DNA of 64,000 bases from Eledone cirrhosa. Lineage: Eukaryota. The translations under genes were made by a program, and so were the position numbers. The notes beneath the pieces were generated by a model, which worked only from the letters and a program-made list of their open reading frames with translations, did not search any database and was not told the origin of the DNA. This document shows positions 40,731-52,789 of this stretch, piece after piece. Positions within the stretch are counted from its first letter, which is position 1. Each line of letters starts with the position of its first letter. The stretch lies in contig OZ024743.1 of the NCBI GenBank assembly GCA_964016885.1, positions 128,092,001 to 128,156,000 on the forward strand. Reading direction: 5' to 3'.

Positions 40731-40768
<38 letters not shown>

Positions 40769-40943
40769 CCAAAGATTAATATGGTTTGTTGATTAATCAA
40801 CAAATACAATTTTACAATAGATTAGAAGCACTCGACAGTAGATTTTCCTGGAATATTTAATATTATTCAAAATGTTAATAAATGAAAAATATTCTCATAA
40901 TTTATGATTATGAGAATATTTTTCATTTATTAACATTTTGAAT

Positions 40944-40987
<44 letters not shown>

Positions 40988-41494
40988 ATACTTTGGGAGG
41001 GTCATGTTGGCAACATGACCCTCCCAAAGTATAACAATATCGGTTTCAACACACGATTTCAGATAAAGAATCTTGCTAAACAAATTCAGAAACGAAATAT
41101 ATATATATATATATATATATAATGTAGGTAGTACGATGAAATAATGCGTGTATGGGATCATGTGTCTTGGTGTATGTATGGCTATATACATGTATGTGCC
41201 CGTCTGTACGCCTATGCCTGCCTGTCTATATTGTCGATTGTCTACACCCTGCAATTATTTCTTCCTATCAATATTATCCACAAGCCCCCTTTTTTTTAAT
41301 TCCATGACAAAAACAATGTTGTAATGGATTTTACCTTGTTATGTTCAAAACGAGAGTGTGTTGTTAGTCCTCTAAGGAACTGAAAGCATATGCAGGTTGG
41401 AGCACTCATTTTGGATTTGAGCATATCAATGAATTAACAAGGTAAAATCCATTACAACATTATGTTTTCCTGTTGTTTTCTGTTCAAGTTCTTA

Positions 41495-41553
41495 CTGCCT
41501 GATGAGGTCATAGCTGTTGAATAATGAGTATTACTGAAATATATATATAGCAG
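41495..41553 (+). ncRNA. Type I hammerhead ribozyme
   Basis: CTGC-CTGATGA-GGT..ACT-GAAA-TATATATA-TA-GCAG; relative at 56784-56845 has covarying stem I (CTGT/ACAG). Confidence 0.75.
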
Positions 41554-41602
41554 CGAATATGAATAAAGGAGCCTAATTTTACCTTGTTGAATTACACTTC
41601 TT

Positions 41603-41643
<41 letters not shown>

Positions 41644-41679
41644 ATGTTGATTTAAAACTGCACTATCCACAAGTGTTCC

Positions 41680-41750
41680 TATTTTATCTGATGAAAACAC
41701 AAATATTATTGCATGATGATATTTGTTTTTGAAATGCGCATAATAAAATA
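41680..41750 (+). ncRNA. Type I hammerhead ribozyme
   Basis: TATTTTAT-CTGATGA-AAACACAAATATTAT..ATGATATTTGTTTTT-GAAA-TGCGCA-TA-ATAAAATA. Confidence 0.85.
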
Positions 41751-41873
41751 CATGGAAATCTTTTAACCATCTTTTGTTCTTATATATTATGTATACTCCA
41801 GTCCTACAAACTGTAGAGTGCTTCTTATCCGATATCTGCATTGCTTTATTGTACTACAATAAAACTCACCTCC

Positions 41874-41935
<62 letters not shown>

Positions 41936-42059
41936 TGTTTACATTCGTATGTGTTTCTATTGCGGGGGAAGGAGCCATATATCATACAAAATACATGGTA
42001 TATTGTGCATATATGCCAAATACATATTCTATAGAAGAATGTGTATATATGTGCATATA

Positions 42060-42109
<50 letters not shown>

Positions 42110-42112
<3 letters not shown>

Positions 42113-42412
42113 AGTGTAACGTACAGTTAATGTCCGTTCATCTAGGTGAGCACTCTATGCGTAGATTCACGTCTGTAACAAGGTATAGAACTAAACAGAG
42201 TGTAAATATAATAATAAAAGTACGATTCGTTATGTCTTCATTACGTTTATTGAGTAGTGACGCGCGTTTCGCTATTGATCAGCTCAAAGTTCGATTTGTA
42301 TCGATCTGGCCAGACTCTAGAATCAAAAGCTCGTCGTGAGCTGATCAATAGCGAAACGCGTGTCACTACTCAATAAACGTAATGAAGACATAAATGGTCA
42401 TTTTATTGTTAT
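42110..42412. mobile_element. Fold-back PLE 3' end (family K) with HHR 3' half
   Basis: Inverted arms each with GAAA-CGCG(C/T)G-TC-ACTAC; turn inside stem II; relative at 49180-49490. Confidence 0.75.
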
Positions 42413-42453
<41 letters not shown>

Positions 42454-42468
42454 ATGTATCTGTGTGTA

Positions 42469-42509
<41 letters not shown>

Positions 42510-42534
42510 GCATATATATATATATATATGTATG

Positions 42535-42602
<68 letters not shown>

Positions 42603-43348
42603 TATGTATACGTATATACATATATGTATAGAAACGTACAGTAGTATGTATATATATATACATACATGCACACATATATATATGTACGTATGGATTCACC
42701 GAACATTTATTATAATGCTCGGTGTGTTTGTAAACAAACATCCCGTATTAAGCCGTACTGTCTAGCAACCATCGTTGCTCGTTTGTTCAACACGGACAAA
42801 GGAACGCTGTACTAGTTTCAAGCTTATTAACTATCGTCAGCAACGTATACCTTCCTGCCAGATGATTGAACGCCTGAAAGTATATATTCCTGTTATTGGA
42901 TGTCTTAAAATACGGACGAAACCATGGTAGAGATAATTACGGTATGTACACATTTCTTCTAAGTTTGAATTTACACCTAATTGTGTGTGGTTGACGGTAT
43001 ATTTAGTCGGTTTTTACATGCTGTTGAAATGTTGGATAAATACTCTATCGTGGCCACCGCGAAGAGGCCGCTTTCGGTTATTTGTCGAAAATTTCTTCAT
43101 AGGAGCCTTTATTCTTATAGCTTGGTCTAATTGATTTTTTTATATGGTTAATTATGCTAATTGGGAAAAGAAATGGTATATATTTTATCTAGTGATTCTA
43201 AGGACATGATTTATGATATATTGCTCTGATTATTTAATTTATTAATTCTTCATTGAGCCATAACGTGACCGGTTGCAAAATATATATATCTATGACTTTA
43301 TGTATATGTAAACCTTTATATATGTATATATATATATATATATATATA

Positions 43349-43882
43349 GTAATAATAATAAAATTGAAGACTAAATCCAAAGAGGGCTCGATAAGGAAAA
43401 TATATATCAAATATATAAGAACCGTAGAGCAAATATTTATTAAAATAACAGATTAAAGTTAAAGCAAAGAATCGCTGCGACTTCTGCTATACCATTTACG
43501 TGGTTTTGTCTTTGCGTGCTATTGTTCTCCACGCTCCACATATGACTTATTATCTTCGTTTTTTCGTTCATTGCCAGAGAACGTCTCTATCCACCACCTA
43601 AGAGAACATTAGTCTACGACCTCTTTTATACCATAAACGTGGTTCTATCTTTGCGCGTAATTGTTTTTCACCGCTCCTATTAATGACGTATTATTCGTTT
43701 TTTCCCGTTCTTTGTCAGCGAACGTTTCCACGAACCAAAGTATCGTCCTCCTGTCTTCCTCCGGTTGCAACGTTTTTTGAAATATCCAGTTCTGCGCTTA
43801 CAGATTGACTTTGTTAGTTTCAGAAGATCCCGTTAAGGGTGAAAACAGCGATTCTTTGCTTAAACTTTAATCTGTTATTTTA

Positions 43883-43888
<6 letters not shown>
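43349..43888. mobile_element. Head-to-head family H PLE ends between (TA)n tracts
   Basis: 43349-43477 is the minus-strand tail; 43478-43888 is a plus-strand copy homologous to 35720-36110. Confidence 0.8.
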
Positions 43889-43928
<40 letters not shown>

Positions 43929-44059
43929 ATATATAATGGAAATCCGCTTGGATTTTCCGTTTATTCTGGAGCATGGAACCGCCGTAAAGGCACATATAGT
44001 AAGTACTGCGAATTTTTTAACATTTATTTTAAAACTTTTTCTCTATTTGCTAGACCTTG

Positions 44060-44151
<92 letters not shown>

Positions 44152-44489
44152 GTGTGTGTGTGTGTGTAAACACCTGACCATTTTGCAGACTTCACTAGCC
44201 TTTAACAGACCATGTTAATACAGCCACTTAATGAAAACCCTTTGTTTGCTTAAAACAAATGTAAGAATCTGATAGAAATGTTAGAGATATGTTTGAAATG
44301 AAGAAGAGGAGAGTATTAACCAGTATAAATTTTCGAATTTATGGTACAAAGTATGCCAGTAGATGAATCACTACCTCCTTACGTATAACCTATGCTGTAC
44401 ATCAGGTCCGAAAACATAAGAGTCGAACTCCCATTTTCATCGCCTCCATCTCTCTCAAACTCCCTATCTCTCTCTATTATGAGCAAATG

Positions 44490-45085
44490 GGATTCTACAT
44501 GCTGGCCGCCCCACGGCCACGGTGGACAGAATGAAGAAGGCGTTTCACCGGAGAATGGTAAGGGAGATGCGCTGGAAGAGCCATTCAATCTTTTGAGGCT
44601 TACACCTGGGGCTAGCCAGCTCAGCGCCTATGGTGGTGAGTAGGGAGGTAGCACTAGGGCCAAGGACACCAGAGGTCTCCACTGCAAACCTGTCGGAGAG
44701 CGACCGACACTTGAAGAGTATACCCTCCTCAACCCGAAGAGCATGGATTAGTCACAGACTGCACCAGGATGCCACTCGAGAAAGTGTCTCCCCAGACAAG
44801 GGGTTTACCACCGCGAAACGGGAAAATGATCATGCCGTATGGCCTTTTGTCGTCCCCTCGGTCCATCCCCACCGGTTCGAGCTGGGAGGGAAAGCCTTCA
44901 GCATCCAAGCCATGCTTTATAACCTCGTTGAGAGCAGCATGGTGTAGAAGGCGGCCAGTACTGTAGAGACAGGAAAGCGGGTGGAGGCCGAAAGAGTCCA
45001 CGGTGGATCCGCAGCGATATTTATGTGGCTCGCAGATCCGGAGGCCAAGCCTCAGTGAAATCCTGATACACATTGTCTTCTCTGT
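44490..45085 (-). mobile_element. CRE-like non-LTR retrotransposon 3' fragment (zinc knuckle plus restriction-like endonuclease)
   Basis: RCGSTVDSFGLHPLSC..GR..H..LN..LEPVG.DRGDDKRP..LVW and WLFQRISL; small plus-strand piece at 45915-45985. Confidence 0.8.
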
Positions 45086-45095
45086 TAATTATTTA

Positions 45096-45193
<98 letters not shown>

Positions 45194-45227
45194 AAAGAAT
45201 AGAGGTGTAACACACAAGTTATTATAT

Positions 45228-45603
45228 ATTGGTAAACGGAATAGAAAATGCTGACAAATTGTTCACAGTTGAAAAATGGTTTAATTAGGAATAAAAGAGT
45301 ATTAGTGATTGTATGGGTTAGTATTCAGTTGTGGTTTTAAGTTTTTAAGTTTTTACCGGTTGCGCATTTCTAAATGCTTTTCAAAAATAATTTTGAGATA
45401 GAGTGTCCGTGCTGTTTGCTCTGATCAGAGCAAACAGCACGGACATTTTTTTTGAAAAGCATTTAGAAATGCGCAACCGGTAAAAACTTAAAAACTTAAA
45501 ACCACAACTGAATACTAACCCATACAATCACTAATACTCTTTTATTCCTAATTAAACCATTTTTCAACTGTGAACAATTTGTCAGCATTTTCTATTCCGT
45601 TTA

Positions 45604-45607
<4 letters not shown>
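45228..45607. repeat. Spacer-less palindrome in (TA)n (family G)
   Basis: Centre GCTCTGATCAGAGC near 45424; both arms end TTTACCAA-(TA)n; longer single copy at 20604-20960. Confidence 0.8.
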
Positions 45608-45647
<40 letters not shown>

Positions 45648-46048
45648 TGTATATATATAGTGTATTTTGCAATACACTTTATGCTTAATTAAAAGCATTT
45701 TGAAGACCGTATGCTATTGTTTTAGAGTAGTGACAGACTCACTTACTTTAATTTCAGCAAACAGGGGGAGATAAAGCTGGGGGAGATAAGTCTTTTAATT
45801 AAGCATAAAGTGTATTGCAAAATACACTATATATACATTCATATATATATGGCTATTTCAGAGCACCAATTCTAATATATATATATATATATATATAAAC
45901 TTAAAAACATAAATGTCGCTGCGGATCCACCGTGGATTCTTTCGGCCTCCATCCGCTTTCCTGTTGCTACAATGCTGGCCGCCTTATATATATATTGATG
46001 TACCCAGTTACGGCTACCTTCCGCGTGATAACTCCAATTTTACAAGTA

Positions 46049-46090
<42 letters not shown>

Positions 46091-46425
46091 TACTTGTAAA
46101 ATTGGAGTTATCACGCGGAAGGTAGCCGTAACTGGGTACGATTTGCATAGTAAACATTTTTGTGGTGTGGAGGTTACGATATAACCACAAATCGAACGGA
46201 GAGTGGGAGGGAGACGAAGAAAGAGAGTCAAAGTGTGAGACGAGAAATGAGAGGGTTATAGAGAGAGAAGGGAAGAGGAGGAGAGGAGAAAAATTGCTAT
46301 GAAAACAATGGAGCAGGACTTGTGGAGAAAGACGGAAAGATGGATAGAAAGATCGTCAGCTTCCCACAATACTTTACAATATAATACAGTGTACAATTGG
46401 CTCCTGCGTTTTGTTTGTTCTTTCC

Positions 46426-46460
<35 letters not shown>

Positions 46461-46479
46461 GTAACAAGTTATCTTTATA

Positions 46480-48000
46480 GGTAATCCAGTTAGAGGTTGT
46501 GAGTACTCTGCGTCGTGGATAGTTTTAACGTACGGCTTTGTTTAACTCAACAAGATGTTTCCATAGTTAGGCAGCGAGTTCGCGGTAATTCCTATGTAGG
46601 TTATACTTGGAGTAATAATAGTGAAAGAATGAAGAGTAACATGGTTGGCTGTACAACAAGGGGCTTTATTTCAGGTATTAAAAATTGTTTCATTGATCAG
46701 GTGAGTCTAGAGGCCGCTAATCGCTCGAGGTTGCGTCACTCGATCTCCATTACATTATTTACCTCTGATCAAATCCTCAGAATACAAAAATAATTCATAC
46801 AAGGCAAGATATATATAGAGAAATAGCGTATAATCAAAACAATAACATCAATAATAAAATATATATGGTAAATAGGTAAAGAAGTTACAGATGTAAAAAG
46901 TAAAAGATAAGAAAAAAGATACAGTAAAAAAGTAAGAAAACGGAAAAATAATAGAAATATAAAGAAATAAGGATAAAGTGAGAGCATATAAGTACAGAAT
47001 ATGATAGTGTTGGTGGTGGTGAGTAAGTGTTCGTATAAGGATTCTGTGGTGGGTTTAGTGCTAACATGAAAAGTCATATTCGAAACATTCATAGATACGT
47101 GTAGAGAGTCTGAGGTAGTGACAGATAAAAGAAAAAGCAATAAATTAGAGATTAATTGGGAGATACTTGTATGAGATTCAAGGGCTAAGGGTGGATGGTG
47201 AAGGGAGGTTTGACAAATATGTGTGGTAAATGGTTTGCTGATTGTCTTGTCTTAATGGGGTTGATGTGGTTTCAGGGAGAGAGGGTGAAAGAGATGTTAA
47301 GAGATTTATGATCTAGTGATCAGTTGGCCGTTTCACAGCTAATAGCGGTGTGTGATGTTGTTGCTATTCCACTCATATTTTCTGTTTAATTTTGGTTGGA
47401 GTTAGTTTATGTTTATCACTTCTGTAATTTGTCAGAGCATTGCGTTTTTTCTGTGTGCGGATATAATTTTTATATCCATATATCTACCATAAAAAACTTT
47501 TATATCCATTTTAACATATTGGCGGAGTACTGATGAATTTTTCCCCTCTTGGAATTCTCGCCAGTGTTCACTTATCCTTTCTCTTATGCTACGGGCTGTC
47601 TCACCTATGTAAGTTGTATTCTTATTCCTATACTATCCTCCAGTACATCTTGTGCTATATACTACGTACCTAGTTTTGCAGTTAATTGCTGGGCTTAATT
47701 TACAGACTATGCATTGCCTATCAGCGCAGGGTTTGTTTGTTTTTTTTAACGGATATGTTCTACTAATTAGGGCTTTTATGGGAATACCTGGTCTTTCAAC
47801 TATCTTAGTACATAATTTTTGTTTGTCTAGAGCCCTTCTAAATCTGTAAGCTAGTTCGCCTCTGTAGGTTGCATTGAAGAACATTACACTCTATTATAGT
47901 ATTTATTGCTATCATACCATGAGTTGATTTTATTGGTCTTTTTCTTAATTCTTTCTATCTATATACTGCTAAAATTCTGTGATTGTGTGCTTGTCTGTAA
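46480..48000 (-). mobile_element. PLE 3' part related to 37795-40735 (GIY-YIG, UTR, HHR, tail)
   Basis: ORF 47633..47884 aligns to 39762..40295; tail 46480-46700 homologous to 38180-38400. Confidence 0.85.
46675..46785 (-). ncRNA. Type I hammerhead ribozyme with long stem II insertion
   Basis: Reverse complement: GTATT-CTGAGGA-TTTGATCAG..CTGATCAAT-GAAA-CAATTT-TT-AATAC. Confidence 0.7.
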
Positions 48001-48675
48001 TTTAATACAGCAAAAACGGTGCATGATGGGGAAATACTTTGAAAGGAAGTTGTCCCTGAAATGGGAATACAAATGGAATAAAACAAGTTTCGCATAAATA
48101 AGAGCACGGGTTCCCGAGATACGGGGTTTTTCCGGGTACCTTCATAAATAGAGAGAAAGAGATAGTGGTTGTGAGAGAGTAGAGAGATAGAGAGAGAGAG
48201 AGAGATACGAGGAGACAGAGAAGGGAACTGGAAGAGGGAGAGAGAGAGCTGGTGGTGTTGTCGAATTAAATTATAACGGGTGACTTCATACAATCGAATA
48301 CAGAATTACTGTATCTAGTTCGAATTTGGTGACTGAATATTAAGTCAAATGAATCATATGTCTGTGTATATTTTAATTATTGGAAAATTATTTTAAAGGG
48401 AACATGATTTTTAAAATAATATTTTTAAGTGAACGTGACCAACCGGGTCACGGGTGGTCTAGTTTTATTCTAAAATTTGCTCCTATACATGGGGCAAGTC
48501 CCATTCGCATCATGTTCTACAATCTGTTCCCATTTGATCCTGGTTCATTTATATACCCTGATCTTGTCTCTCTAAAATGAAGAGAACCAAGGTTTTCAAA
48601 TAAAATCCATTTTCAATATCTATGATCGTATCTATACATTACAATCACTCACACACACACACACATATATATATT

Positions 48676-48727
<52 letters not shown>

Positions 48728-48751
48728 GTATATATAGCTATGTATGTGTGT

Positions 48752-48817
<66 letters not shown>

Positions 48818-48818
<1 letters not shown>

Positions 48819-49148
48819 AGAGTCAACGGCCATGCAAAAAGTGTGTAAATATGTATATACACATGTTCCGCGCGGTTAAACCACTGGGAGTGAAGGACCC
48901 CTAGCTTTTGTCAGGACATTCTTCTAGGAGAAGGCAACTCAGGAAACTGGGATAACTCCAATATAAAACCTGTGGCTCAGTAGTTACCGATGATGTTGAT
49001 CTTTTCTTCTTTTCGGGTTATAGCTACTGTCGCTCAGAGAGTGGGATTGGCTCAGTGCACAGGCATTGCACGATAGAATTAATTAATAATTATTAATAAT
49101 GGTATATCGTGCAATGGCCATACTCGATAACGAGGGGGCAGCCATCAT
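48818..49148 (+). mobile_element. Short non-coding element ending in an RTE-type 3' tail
   Basis: 3' end GGCCATACTCGATAACGAGGGGGCAGCCATCA matches the RTE end at 13997-14028; start overlaps the repeat at 2172-2345 (minus). Confidence 0.55.
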
Positions 49149-49513
49149 GTATATATGTATATATATATATATATATCCAGGGAGTGTAACACGGAGTTAC
49201 TGTAGATTCACGTCAGTATCGAGGTGTAGAGCTAAACGGATGTAATATAATAATTGTTTCTACTTTTGGCATAAGCCCAGCAATTACCAGTGTAATATAA
49301 TAATACAAGGACGAATGGTTACTCCTTCATTACGTTTATTGCCATTACTACTACAGAGATCCTACGAGCTTTGATTCCAGAGTCGGGCTAGATCAATACA
49401 GATCGAACCTTGAGCTGATCAGTAGCGAAACGCGCAACACCCACCAATAAACGTAATGAAGGAGTAACCATTCGTTCTTGTATTATTATTATTATATATA
49501 TATATATATATAT

Positions 49514-50382
49514 ATGTCAAGTAAGAAAGAATATTTTCGAAACAGCGAGCGAGTTTGAAATTATAAATGTAAGCTATCGCCGTATTTTGACTAAAGAAAT
49601 TAAAGAAAATTATTTAGCCTGATAGTGGGGTTAAGAACCTTCGGAGAAATGGAAAAAAGATGAGAATTGACGTACATGGGAGTCGAACCCACATCTTTGA
49701 TTATCCAGACCACTGTGCTACCATTACACCAACACATCACCCGTCTTCTTCCATTCAAATTAGAAGCTATAATCTTAGCGACTGTAAATGTCAAGTAAGA
49801 ATACTTTCGAAACAGCGAGCGAGTTTGAAATTATAAATATAAGCTATCGCCGTATTTTGACTAAAGAAATTAAAGAAAATTGTTTAGCCTGATAGTGGGA
49901 GTTAAGAACCCTCGGAGAAATGGAAAATTGATGAGAATTGACGTACATGGGAGTCGAACCCACATCTTTGTTTATCCAGACCACTACTGTGCTACCATTA
50001 CACCAACACATCACCCGTCTTCTTCCATTCAAATTAGAAGCTATAATCTTAGCCACTATCAGGCTAAATAATTTTCTTTAATTTCTTTAGTCAAAATACG
50101 GCGATAGCTTACATTTATAATTTCAAACTCGCTCGCTGTTTCAAAAATATTCTTACTTGACATTTACAGTTGCTAAGATTATAGCTTCTAATTTGAATGG
50201 AAGAAGACGGGTGATGTGTTGGTGTAATGGTAGCACAGTCTGGATAACCAAAGTTGTTGGTTAGACTCCCATGTACGTCAATTCTCATCTTTTTCCATTT
50301 CTCCGAGGGTTCTTAACCCCACTATCAGGCTAAATAATTTTCTTTAATTTCTTTAGTCAAAATACGGTGATAGCTTACATTC

Positions 50383-50389
<7 letters not shown>
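49514..50389. repeat. Head-to-head multimers of an approximately 270-bp unit carrying a tRNA-like cloverleaf
   Basis: Two units on minus (49514-50053) and about 1.25 units on plus (50054-50389); (TA)n on both sides. Confidence 0.85.
49668..49738 (-). tRNA. tRNA-like sequence (apparent anticodon GGA, short variable loop); probably tRNA-derived rather than functional
   Basis: GATGTGT-TG-GTGT-AATGGTA-GCAC-A-GTGGT-CTGGATA-ATCAA-AGAT-GTGGG-TTCGACT-CCCAT-GTACGTC-A, with T6 about 10 nt downstream; copies at 49939-50012 (-) and 50213-50280 (+). Confidence 0.55.
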
Positions 50390-50439
<50 letters not shown>

Positions 50440-50442
<3 letters not shown>

Positions 50443-51808
50443 GATACGGAAACACCTGTAAGAGTGGTGAGGGTGGAAATGAAGGGACAAGTGTTGCAGC
50501 AGGAACGGGAACATGGATGAGAGCCGGGTGGAGTCGTGGGAGAGGACGAGAAGGTACTGCGAAGCAGGAGGTCGCGAAGGTTGCGGGCGCGCTTAAAAGC
50601 AGTAATGGGTGGGTTTGGAAAAAAGCGAGAAGTGACGAGGTCAGAAGAGCGGATGCGAGGGGAACGGAGGATATGTCACCGGAGTTGTAGGATGGTGAGG
50701 TGGTATGTGAGAGGGAAAGGAACGCGGGTGTTGGGAGGGTGGGGCTGAGGTGAGAGGGCTGTGGTGTGATGTGTTTCACGGGTGCGGGTGAGAGCAGCTT
50801 GGATCAAGGTGGGTAGGATATCCACGCTGGATGAAGCAGGATCCATGCGAAGGGAATAGGTTTCGAAATCGTCGTCCTGGTTACAGAGCCGACGAAGACG
50901 AAGGAATTGGGAATAGGGTATGGAGTGTTTGGTGTGGGTTGGATGGGAGGAGGTAAAGTCGAGATAAGATTGGGAGTCTGTTGGTTTAATGTAGATGGAA
51001 GTAGAGAGGGTGTGGTGAGAGTGATTAATAGATAGAGAGATATCTAGAAAAGCGACAGAGGAATCGGAGACAGAGGCAGTGAAATTGAGAGCAGGATGGA
51101 AAGATTGGACAAAAGAAAGAAAACAGTCGAACTGTTCTCGTGATAGAGAGGTGGCGCCGATACAGTCGTCGATATAACGACCGTATAGCTCAGGAGTCGG
51201 TCCAGCGTACTGGGAGAAGATCTGGGCTTCGACGTAGCCAACAAACAAGTTGGCATAGTTTGGACCCATTCTGGTTCCCATCGCTGCCCCAGATACCTCC
51301 CGAAAATTCACCCGAAAAAGAAAAGCCATTGAGGGTGAGAACAAGCTCAGCCAGACGGAGAAGAATGGTAGTGCTGGGGTAAGGGGGTAGGGCGTAAATC
51401 TAAAAAATATTGGAGAGCGCGGAGGCCGTCATCATGAGGAGTGACGGTATAGAGAGAGTTGATGTCCAGGGTAAAGAGAAGGCGGGAGGGACCAGGAAGG
51501 AAGGAGAAGGAGTTGAAGATTCTAAGGGCATGAATTGTATCGTGGATGTGGGAGGGGAGATTGCCGACCACGGGGCGAGGATGGTGTCTTAATATTCAGA
51601 AATTATCTCGGTGGAGCAGTTGCACGCAGAAACGATAGGACGGCCAGGATTATTTTGTTTGTGTATTTTGGGGAGGAAGTAGATGGTGGGTGTGAGGGGG
51701 GTGCGTACAATAAGGTTGGTGGTTGTGGGGGGAGAGTGGGGAGGAGATGAGCTCGTGGATGGTGGAGGACACGAGTTGTTGATAGCCAAGAGTGGGATCG
51801 GAGGATAT
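50440..51808 (-). pseudogene. Neptune-like PLE reverse transcriptase and linker (inverted segment)
   Basis: LPKIHKQNNPGRPIVS, LFTLDINSLYT, GAAMGTRMGPNYANLF, RYIDDC, KPTDSQSYL, SIPYSQFLRLRRLC. Confidence 0.9.
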
Positions 51809-52658
51809 TGCGGGTCTTTATATATCGGACAAACGGGACGCCGTATGGCGGACCGTTTTGCCGAGCATTTGAGTGACATACGACTTGGTTTGGATACTCC
51901 TGTCGCCCATCATTTCTGTTCTCCTGGTCATTCTTCTCTACATGTTTCAGTCCTGGGTGTCCTTTTACATCATTGGATCACAGGCCTCGCGCACCAGGAC
52001 TGAACAAAGACTGATTCACCGCCTTGGGTCCTATTCCCCTCTTGGACTAAACTCACCTCCCCAATTTCTCTAATACGCCGTCCATTATCACACCCCTACA
52101 TTTCTCTTCATCATTAACATCTTCTCCTACAACTAATACAGGCCGAATATACATGATCAATCCACTTTTCCCTTCACTGCTCTGTATACACACATACACA
52201 TCCTTATATTAACATACTTTTGCTCATAGCTTCGTACTTACATACACACACACTCTTTTACTCACATATACAAAACATTTTTTCTTAGCTTCGTACGGAC
52301 TTATAACACACACACACATGCACAAGTATAGCTCTTTTTCCAAAACGGGTTTTTTTCCATTTCAGGTAGAAGCGCTCCATCATCCACTTTTCTAAAAAAT
52401 AAATCAAACACAAAACGCCAGCACCAACAGTTTTCCAAGAGATGTCAACATGAATGGACCTGTTATTTTTATCTAAAGACATTTTTTCCAATTCCAACCC
52501 GCCCGTCTCCTCAATCTATCTTATTTCTCATTCTTTCTTCTGATGAAGGAATAGCGTCCGAAACGTTAAGGGTCTCTTCCTGCTATCTCAAGCGTTAACC
52601 TAATATATTCCTTCCATATACTGTACCAATTGTATTGTTATTTCTGTTTACCTTTTAC

Positions 52659-52660
<2 letters not shown>
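51808..52660 (+). mobile_element. Neptune-like PLE GIY-YIG C-terminal part, 3' UTR, HHR and tail
   Basis: CGSLYIGQTGRRMADRFAEHL..PVAHHF..H and EQRLIHRLGSYSPLGLN. Confidence 0.88.
52536..52571 (+). ncRNA. Minimal hammerhead ribozyme
   Basis: TCTT-CTGATGA-AGGA-ATAGCG-TCC-GAAA-CG-TT-AAGG. Confidence 0.8.
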
Positions 52661-52689
<29 letters not shown>

Positions 52690-52789
52690 CATACATACAA
52701 ACACTTATATATATATATATACGTGTGTGTGTAGCGAAACCGCAATAAGATTGTTCGTATATTCTCAAATAGTCGTGCATAACAACACA

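Larger units (their letters stand above)
37795..40735 (+). mobile_element. PLE (tentatively Naiad-like), RT plus C-terminal GIY-YIG, with inverted 5' pLTR
   Basis: GSMDVVSLYPSID, QEEGAAIGVSIAGDIANLFMVWW, RYVDDI, C..C..C..C linker, VVYSIRC..YIGETARS..ERLNEH; 37795-38010 inverts 38045-38255; (TA)n on both sides. Confidence 0.88.

Noticed and set aside
42855-42935. Complete hammerhead at GAAACCATGGTA
   Set aside because: 3' half is plausible but no matching 5' core and stem I could be identified
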